Shown in pieces: positions 25,675-31,802 of a DNA stretch of 31,802 nucleotides. How positions within the stretch are numbered: the first letter of the stretch is position 1; the number at the start of each line of letters is the position of its first letter. The translations under genes were made by a program, and so were the position numbers. This DNA comes from a virus (taxonomy: Duplodnaviria > Caudoviricetes). The stretch covers positions 1 through 31,802 of the IMG/VR virus record IMGVR_UViG_3300033067_000662. One strand, written 5' to 3'. Below the pieces are notes generated by a model. That model was not told the origin of the DNA and made no database searches. It was given only the letters and a program-made list of their open reading frames with translations.

Positions 25675-28082
25675 TGGGTATTTTCGCGTCCACCGCCCCC
25701 GCCTACTACGCTCGTGGCATCCCGGTCATCCCGCTGCACCGCAAGGAAAAGCGCCCCGTCCCGCTGGACTGGTCCCGCTTCCACGACATGCCGGTCGAGC
25801 TCGAGCTCCAGAACGAGTGGCTCAACTCCTATTCCGAGGGCAACATCGGGATGGTCTTGGGCAAGCAGTCCGGTGTTGTCATGCTCGACATCGACACCGA
25901 TGATCCGGCGCTGATCAACCTCATCACCAGCCTCTTGCCCCGTTCGCCGTGGCAGCGCATTGGCCAGAAGGGCATGGTGCTGGCGTTCAAATACACCGGT
26001 CTGCGCACGTTCCGTATCAAGAACATGTCGGGCGAGTCGATCTGCGAACTCCTGTCGGAGCGGACCCAGTGCGTGTTGCCGCCGTCCATCCACCCCAAGA
26101 CCCAGCAGCCCTACAAGGCCAACGTCGATCTGCTCCAGGTGATCGGAAATCTGCCGATCTTGGACACTGCGATCGAGAGCATCCTGCGCCAGGCCCTTGA
26201 GGCCAATGGTGTCAAGCTGTCCCACTCTGGTTGGACCCGCGTCACGGACTATGTCTCGTCGGGGTCGCGCGATGTGTCGATGACCGAGAAGGCCGGTCTG
26301 TTCGCCTTCGCCGTCATGCGCGGTGAGCGGTCGCTCAAGGAAGCGATCGGCATGCTGCGGTCCTACCACACCGAGTTCATCGAGAACGTCGCTGGCGATG
26401 CCGTCGAAGTCGACAAGCACGTCGACAACATGATCAAGTTCCTGCACCGCGACGTCTTCGACAAGAAGAAGGCGCTGCCCGAGGGCTGGGACGAGGGCCT
26501 GACGGCCGAGGATAAAGAATCGCTCGGGCTCCAGTTCGACAAGGAGCACGAAGAGTGGTCCTTCGAAGAGATGCGCGACTTCCTGCGCGACGAGTTCGAG
26601 CGTCACCCGGAGCAAAGCTCGGGACGGTCGCGGGCTGTCGACACCATCCTGGACAAGATCGCCCGCAGCCAGAACATCAACCGGCTCGAGGAAGACCGCT
26701 TGATGCAGTACATGGTCGACACGGCTGGTCTCGATCTGCGGATCTCGAGTTTGCGGAACCGGCTGCGCGAACTGCGGTCGGGCGAACTCGATGGCACTGA
26801 CCATAGCCAGATCGCTGAGGCGGTGATCGCTGACCTCTCCGAGGTCTGGGAACTGCGCTACCACAACAACATGATCTGGAAGTGGACCGGATCGCACTGG
26901 GAAGTGCTGGACGAGCGTGAGGTCAAGTCGAAGATCTCGTCCGACTATGGCCAGTTGCCTGCCGCGAAGAAGGCCAATGACCACAAGGGCATCCTCGAGA
27001 TCATCAAGGTGCGGCTGCAGAAGGGCATCAAGTCGCAGGACGTGAAGGGCATCAACTTCGCCAATGGCTACCTGACGGAAGAGCGTGTTCTCATGCCGCA
27101 CGACCCGAACTATGGGTCGACCTACACCCTCCCCTTCCGCTATCTGCCGGAATCGACCGGGGAGTGCCCGATGTTCTTCCAGCTGCTCGAGGACTCGTGG
27201 GGCCACGATGCTGACTATCACGCCAAGTTGGCTGCGCTGCAGGAAGCCCTGTGCGTGACGCTCTTCGGGATGGGCCCGAGGTTGCAGCGGGTGATCCTGC
27301 TCAAGGGTGTGGCCAAGTCAGGCAAGAGCCAGGTGCTGACGATCGCGCAGTCCTTGGTCCCTGACAACGCGAAGAGCTTCGTGCCGCCGAACGAGTGGGC
27401 AGACAAGTTCATGCCGACGCAGATGAACGAGAAGCTGATCAACGTGTGCGGCGAGTTGTCGGAGAACAAGCGCATCGACGGTCAGCGGTTCAAGGACATC
27501 GTCGATGGAGCCGAGATGTCTGGCCAGCACAAGGGCCGCGACATCTTCAACTTCCGGCCCATGTGTACCCACTGGTTCGCGTCCAACCACACGCCGAAGA
27601 CCAGTGACTCGTCGGAGGGCTTCAACCGGCGTTGGCTGATCCTGGAGTTCAACAAGCCAGTGGCACCGGAGAAGCGCAAGCTGGGGATCGGCGACATCAT
27701 CGTGGCCGAAGAGCGTGAGGCCATTGCTGCGTGGGCTGTGCTGGCGATGCCGCGGCTGATCGACAAGCGTGAATACACCTTGCCCGACAGCCATAAGCAA
27801 CTCATCCGCGAGATTGCACAGGAGAACAATTCCGTCCGTTTTTTTATCGAGGAGAGTCCGAAGCTCAGATCGAGCACGTCGGGCCGCATCTCCGAGACGA
27901 AACTGTTCAGCGAGTATTGGAGCTTCTGCTTCGGGCCGGGGAATGCCAAGCCTGTTACCTCGAAGGCCTTCCGCAATGCGATGAGGGAGCTCCAGCAGGA
28001 GAAGAACTTCCGCCTGGTGATCCAGACCAACAGCCTCGGGGCTCAGGAAGCCTTCTACGAGTGCCTCATACTTGCGGACTGA
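25674..28082 (+). CDS. Bifunctional primase-polymerase fused to a D5/P4-type SF3 helicase
   Basis: N-terminal VIPL...KRP, NIGMVLG, MLDID and CVLPPSIHP. INFANG (D5_N), Walker A GVAKSGKS, FASNHTP and GFNRRWLILEF. Confidence 0.94.
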   Translation: MGIFASTAPAYYARGIPVIPLHRKEKRPVPLDWSRFHDMPVELELQNEWLNSYSEGNIGMVLGKQSGVVMLDIDTDDPALINLITSLLPRSPWQRIGQKGMVLAFKYTGLRTFRIKNMSGESICELLSERTQCVLPPSIHPKTQQPYKANVDLLQVIGNLPILDTAIESILRQALEANGVKLSHSGWTRVTDYVSSGSRDVSMTEKAGLFAFAVMRGERSLKEAIGMLRSYHTEFIENVAGDAVEVDKHVDNMIKFLHRDVFDKKKALPEGWDEGLTAEDKESLGLQFDKEHEEWSFEEMRDFLRDEFERHPEQSSGRSRAVDTILDKIARSQNINRLEEDRLMQYMVDTAGLDLRISSLRNRLRELRSGELDGTDHSQIAEAVIADLSEVWELRYHNNMIWKWTGSHWEVLDEREVKSKISSDYGQLPAAKKANDHKGILEIIKVRLQKGIKSQDVKGINFANGYLTEERVLMPHDPNYGSTYTLPFRYLPESTGECPMFFQLLEDSWGHDADYHAKLAALQEALCVTLFGMGPRLQRVILLKGVAKSGKSQVLTIAQSLVPDNAKSFVPPNEWADKFMPTQMNEKLINVCGELSENKRIDGQRFKDIVDGAEMSGQHKGRDIFNFRPMCTHWFASNHTPKTSDSSEGFNRRWLILEFNKPVAPEKRKLGIGDIIVAEEREAIAAWAVLAMPRLIDKREYTLPDSHKQLIREIAQENNSVRFFIEESPKLRSSTSGRISETKLFSEYWSFCFGPGNAKPVTSKAFRNAMRELQQEKNFRLVIQTNSLGAQEAFYECLILAD

Positions 28083-28146
28083 GGGGTCACGCCTTCGTCG
28101 ATCGGGATTGGTATGAGACCCGAGCCAAGTGGCTCACGATGGAAGT

Positions 28147-28175
28147 AAAAAAGAGGGGCTCCTAGCGGAGCCCCT
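28147..28175. terminator. Intrinsic terminator hairpin after the primase
   Basis: Stem AGGGGCTCC/GGAGCCCCT. The good U-tract is on the minus strand and the plus-strand tail is weaker. Confidence 0.75.
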
Positions 28176-28248
28176 TGAGTAGTTTTGGCAGGATCCATCA
28201 AGGAACGGATGTCTATGTCTAAGACAAATACTCCCTTGTTGCAAGCTC

Positions 28249-28303
28249 CCAACTCCCTACCGACTCCCTACCAGCTCCCTCCCAACTCCCTCCCAACTCC
28301 CTA
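28249..28303. repeat. Five tandem 11-bp repeats CCRRCTCCCTM
   Basis: ccaactcccta ccgactcccta ccagctccctc ccaactccctc ccaactcccta. Confidence 0.93.
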
Positions 28304-28619
28304 CCAGATCAACACCAGTATTGCCTTGGCGAAGCATAGGCACTGGGGGAGCGGTTCACTTTGGTTCACCTGAATTTCCAAAAATTTCACACGCGGAGAC
28401 TTGGCATGATTGCGCCCGGATCGCTGGCAACGAGGTGAAAAATGGTGGACACCTTGGGCACCGGACCCGAGACGCCGCGCCTTGCGCCGCGTTAGCGGGG
28501 GGGAACCGAACCGAACCGCCGCCCTATCCTTGCCTGACTGGCAAGGCGGGGACCGGGGAAGGTATGAGCGAAACAAGGAAAAGCCCCAAATTGGGGGAAA
28601 CGTGAAAAGGACCAAAGAC

Positions 28620-29390
28620 ATGGAATTGACCGCTTACGCTATGACTCAATTCGCTATCGGCAACGCCGCGCGTTTCAACGCGCTTGTCGGCTTTGCCGTC
28701 GCCAATATCGCGGCATGGCAAGACTGGACGGAAACGGGCCGCAAGGTCAGCATGGCGGAAAGCGCCGCCACCCTGAAAAGCGCGCTTATCACGGCGCGGG
28801 TGCCGGAAACGTCGCGTGACCGTTTCCTGTCCACCGTTTCCGGCATGACAACGCGCCTTAACGTGGACGCTAAGGCGGCGCTGGCGGAAGCGCGCGGCGT
28901 TTATATGGCGGCGGAAACGCCGGAAGCGGCGCGCGCGGAAAGCGCCGTGGAAGCCGTCGCGCGTTTCCTGCGCGACATTGGCGCAGACTCTCTTGGCTAT
29001 CTTGAGGCCTATGCCAAAGGCGGCAAGGCGGCGCTTGCCGGGGCGCGCGCCAAGACGGAAGCGCAAGCGGAAGCGCTGGCAAAGCGCGCCGTCATGACGG
29101 AAGCGGAAGCGGCGGAAGCGGCGGAAGCCGACAAGGCGGAAGCGGAAGCGGCGGAAGCCGACAAGACGCCGCGCGCCAAAGCGGCAAAGCAAGCGGCGGC
29201 AATGCTGGCGGCGCTGGCAAAGCATGGCGACAATATGACCGACGCCGAATTGACGGCGCTTGCAAGCGCCGTCGCGGAAACGCTGGCAAAGCGCCGCGCG
29301 CTTGAAACGGAAGCGCGCATCTTGCGCGACAAGGCGCAAGCGGCGCGTGACAAGGCGGAAGCGGCGGCGGAAGAACGCCGCGCCGCCTAA
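28620..29390 (+). CDS. Alanine-rich helical protein of unknown function (256 aa)
   Basis: AAAGGA RBS before ATG 28620. Strongly biased codons (GCG, GAA, CAA) and an internal AEAAEADK duplication. Confidence 0.85.
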   Translation: MELTAYAMTQFAIGNAARFNALVGFAVANIAAWQDWTETGRKVSMAESAATLKSALITARVPETSRDRFLSTVSGMTTRLNVDAKAALAEARGVYMAAETPEAARAESAVEAVARFLRDIGADSLGYLEAYAKGGKAALAGARAKTEAQAEALAKRAVMTEAEAAEAAEADKAEAEAAEADKTPRAKAAKQAAAMLAALAKHGDNMTDAELTALASAVAETLAKRRALETEARILRDKAQAARDKAEAAAEERRAA

Positions 29391-29420
29391 GCGCCGCCCC
29401 ATATCGCTGGCCTACCTGAC

Positions 29421-29582
29421 GCCGCGCGGCATTGCCGCGCGGCGTTTCCGCTTGCCGCAGCGCAGCGCGGCATCGCCGCAGCGCAGCGCGGCAATGCCGC
29501 ATCGCGGCATGGCCGGATCTGATTGCCGCAGCGCAGCGCGGCATCGCCGCAGCGCAGCGCGGCATCGCCGCAGCGCGGCATC
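29421..29582. repeat. Array of GCCGC-N(0-8)-GCGGC palindromic units (21-bp unit GCCGCAGCGCAGCGCGGCATC)
   Basis: Full or near-full units at 29454, 29475, 29525 and 29546. Shorter units at 29421, 29434, 29496 and 29567. Confidence 0.93.
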
Positions 29583-29772
29583 GCACCTGCCCACGCAATA
29601 TATCCGCGCGATGCGGCCGCGCTACGTCACGTGATGTAGGTGCGCGCATGTAGGTTATATACGTGCGCCTAGGCTGGCACTCTAAAGATAAAAGCAAGTA
29701 AACGCGCGAAGGGTTTTGGACAACTTTTCGTATGTGTTTTCTCGTTTCAATTCGAAATCAAGGATTCCAAAA

Positions 29773-29973
29773 ATGACCCCTGAAGAACAAGCTCAGGCCT
29801 GGGCTTACCGTATCTTGCACCAGACCAACCGGTTGCAGGCAGAGATCCTCAAGCGGTCTGTGCCCGTGCCGCTGGCCCCGCGTCAGGCTCCTGTGCAGAC
29901 CAAGCCTGGCACCCGCCGTGTGCCCCATACCCCGAAGGGTAGCGGGTCTCGCCGCGTTTGGAGTGTTTCCTGA
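29773..29973 (+). CDS. Hypothetical basic protein (66 aa)
   Basis: AAGGA RBS then MTPEEQAQAWAYRILH. Confidence 0.7.
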   Translation: MTPEEQAQAWAYRILHQTNRLQAEILKRSVPVPLAPRQAPVQTKPGTRRVPHTPKGSGSRRVWSVS

Positions 29974-30125
29974 TGTGCATCCTGATCGCCAATGGTGAGA
30001 CCCTTGCGACGGGTCTCAGCCACACCGCCGCAATGCGTGAAGCGCGGATCGCGTCGAGGTTGCTCGGCACGACCGTCACGATTTTCAATCTCAAGACCAG
30101 GGAGTCGGTCGAATGGAAAAACTGA
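29973..30125 (+). CDS. Hypothetical protein (50 aa, below the ORF-track cutoff)
   Basis: MCILIANGETLATGLSHTAAMREARIASRLLGTTVTIFNLKTRESVEWKN. TGATG-coupled to the previous gene and fills the gap to the next one. Confidence 0.65.
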   Translation: MCILIANGETLATGLSHTAAMREARIASRLLGTTVTIFNLKTRESVEWKN

Positions 30126-30295
30126 TCGAGATGACCATGGATGGGCGACTGTCCCTCATTTGGGCGTTCCTTGCCTGCTGCCTGATTGTGGTGGTTTGGG
30201 AAGCCTGGCCGTGGGTGGTCGCTCACTGCCGGGACCGTAACCGGAGGGTAGCGTTGGCGCGCCGGTATGGCAAGAACGCAAAGTTCTATCGCTGA
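30113..30295 (+). CDS. Small single-pass membrane protein (60 aa)
   Basis: GGGAG RBS, hydrophobic LSLIWAFLACCLIVVVWEAWPWVV and a basic tail. Confidence 0.7.
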   Translation: MEKLIEMTMDGRLSLIWAFLACCLIVVVWEAWPWVVAHCRDRNRRVALARRYGKNAKFYR

Positions 30296-30354
30296 GGAGT
30301 TATCGTATAAGTCCGCGGGGGGCGCAGATTTGGCCAGAGGGTGTCCTCCGCGGC

Positions 30355-30532
30355 AGCATTATGTATGCTACTTTTTCTGCTAAGATACTGGTATATATAG
30401 ATTCTTTTCTTTCTTCAAAAGTGGCTTACAAGAAAAGAAGAAAAGAAGTAATAGAAAGAAAGAAGAGTTATAGGATAGTAAATATAAAAGTTAGAGATTT
30501 GAAAATCCGAAATACGTGTAGTCTACTTTTTT
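30355..30532. other. AT-rich non-coding tract (candidate origin or regulatory region)
   Basis: Most AT-rich stretch of the window, with pyrimidine then purine runs and no credible ORF. Confidence 0.6.
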
Positions 30533-30878
30533 GAGTGACGTGTTTTCCGGGGCCTCCGAGTTATACGATAGCTCCGCCCCCACAGCCCTGAGCCTATGCT
30601 ACGCCAATACCCTCTGGCCAACCGGCGAGGAAGAGATTCGGTCTCTTCTGGATGGGATGAGTCGTGCGTTGCATGTGCTGAGTGCTGTCCAAACAAGGAG
30701 AAAACGACATGACCACGACCGGGGCCTGCATCCCTCGAAAACTGCAACGTCGGCAAGCCACGCCATAGAGAGCGCCCACCAGATCCGGGGTCTAGGAGTG
30801 ATCTGCGCGATCATTGAGATCACAAAACCCAGTGCGTGAAGCTGGGTTCACTCAACCTTTAATTTGGGAAACCAAGAC

Positions 30879-31277
30879 ATGACACCTTCCGACATCTACA
30901 AGAACTGCCTCGCCATCGAGGCGCTCATGACCTCGCGCGGCTTCATGCGCCCAGAGGTCGCCTTCTTCGTCAACTTCCTCGGCGGGAAGCCCTATAGCCT
31001 CAAGGTCGAGATGAGGACCACGCAGGACTACAATTCGGCGATCTCCATCTATCCAGATGTCCAGTCCGAGGACGAGATCTTCAAGCTGTTCGAGCATGCC
31101 CGCGAATGGGTCGCCGCGCAGAAGACCCCCAAGGAAATCCGGCAGGAGCAGTTCCTCGCGTCCCTGGGCCGCGTGATCGACGAGGGTCGGTCCTTGGGCC
31201 TCGACGTCGAGTTCATGAACCCGCTGGTCGAGTCCATGCGCAAGCTGTCCGAGAACGTCCTGGAGTATCACGCATGA
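30879..31277 (+). CDS. Hypothetical protein (132 aa)
   Basis: Phage-like codon usage, ATGA-coupled to the next gene. Confidence 0.85.
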   Translation: MTPSDIYKNCLAIEALMTSRGFMRPEVAFFVNFLGGKPYSLKVEMRTTQDYNSAISIYPDVQSEDEIFKLFEHAREWVAAQKTPKEIRQEQFLASLGRVIDEGRSLGLDVEFMNPLVESMRKLSENVLEYHA

Positions 31278-31732
31278 ACCTCGAAAATCTGAACAAGGTC
31301 ATCGACTGGCTGCACCGGGGTGCGCCCGAGATGATCTTCTCGATGAAGTATTCGCTTCGCACCATCGACGAGACCGACGTCGCTGACAAAGATTACACTT
31401 GGGACGGCTACTACGCGCTGGCCCTCTCGCAGCAGGCCAAGGTGGACACCGACTCCTGTGGCTCGGTCTGCTGCATCGCCGGTGCGGCCGCACAGTTCGA
31501 CGGTGCCAGGCCCAACGAATACGACGAGTGGGGCCCCATTCAGAAGCGGGCCCTCCAGTATTTTGGGATCAATCCCGAGGACTACGACGACCTCCCGTGG
31601 ATGCTGCCGGTCTTCGACCCCGACCTGGCCCCCGACAACTGCGGTCCCAGGACCGCAGCAGCCGCTCTCAAGCGGTGGGCCGAGCAACCCGTCTTCGACA
31701 TCAACTTCAACCCCTGGAGCCACAAGGAATGA
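31274..31732 (+). CDS. Hypothetical protein with a CGSVCCIAG motif (152 aa)
   Basis: True start is probably ATG 31274 (MNLENLNK), given the ATGA overlap. Confidence 0.85.
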   Translation: MNLENLNKVIDWLHRGAPEMIFSMKYSLRTIDETDVADKDYTWDGYYALALSQQAKVDTDSCGSVCCIAGAAAQFDGARPNEYDEWGPIQKRALQYFGINPEDYDDLPWMLPVFDPDLAPDNCGPRTAAAALKRWAEQPVFDINFNPWSHKE

Positions 31733-31802
31733 ACAAGGAACTCCTGATCCAGACCATCAACTGGCTCGAGGCTGGCGCACCAGAGCGCCAGTTCAACATG
31801 AG
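31729..31802 (+). CDS. Start of a probable paralogue of the preceding gene (truncated by the window)
   Basis: MNKELLIQTINWLEAGAPERQFNM versus MNLENLNKVIDWLHRGAPEMIFSM. ATGA overlap. Confidence 0.75.
   Translation, partial: MNKELLIQTINWLEAGAPERQFNM

Larger units (their letters stand above)
1..31802. mobile_element. Tailed dsDNA phage genome segment (siphovirus-like morphogenesis operon plus primase/helicase and early-type genes)
   Basis: Canonical order terminase-portal-protease-capsid-neck-tail-tape measure-tail tip. No host genes, integrase, sheath or lysis genes seen in the window. Confidence 0.97.

Noticed and set aside
25536-27221. 561-aa minus-strand ORF
   Set aside because: Shadow of the primase-helicase.
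28185-28373. 62-aa ORF with PNSLPTPYQ repeats
   Set aside because: More simply explained as translation of the 11-bp DNA array, whose unit is not a multiple of 3. Not fully excluded, since an AAGGA precedes an ATG at 28209.
28410-28619. N-terminal 70 codons of the 326-aa ORF
   Set aside because: TTG start without an RBS. The good RBS and the codon bias begin at ATG 28620.
29421-29582. CRISPR array or repeat-encoded proteins (RCAAAMP / RSAARH ORFs)
   Set aside because: No unique spacers and no cas genes. The ORFs arise in several frames from stop-free GC repeats.
30531-30839. 102-aa ORF
   Set aside because: No RBS, atypical codon usage and no recognisable features.
1-31802. tRNA, rRNA, integrase, lysis genes, alternative genetic code
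   Set aside because: None seen, and the recognised genes translate intact with the standard code.

Overview
About 32 kb of a GC-rich, long-tailed dsDNA phage (siphovirus-type; the host is not identifiable from this window, though an alphaproteobacterium is plausible). The minus strand from 24937 to <1 carries a nearly complete virion operon: GpA-type large terminase, portal, an inserted four-gene fibre cassette, prohead protease/scaffold, decoration protein, major capsid, head-tail joining genes, major tail protein, a -1 frameshifted tail chaperone, a 1766-aa tape measure and lambda-like tail-tip genes M/L/K(split)/I/J. An Arc-like repressor sits on the opposite strand inside this operon. The plus strand carries a possible small terminase coupled to a primase-polymerase/SF3 helicase. 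After it come an 11-bp tandem array, a compositionally distinct 1.6-kb segment (one Ala-rich gene plus a hairpin array), an AT-rich tract and small early-type genes. The best candidate for a novel system is the cassette between portal and protease: a 133-aa beta-rich subunit, a 67-aa partner, a 1164-aa protein with two glycine-rich adhesin-like domains followed by about 28 twenty-residue repeats (possibly a ruler for a head/neck filament), and a BppU-like anchor. The second candidate is a putative genome end with a first-entry segment and a T5-iss-like hairpin array. All functional calls come from motif recognition and synteny by eye; no database search was run.
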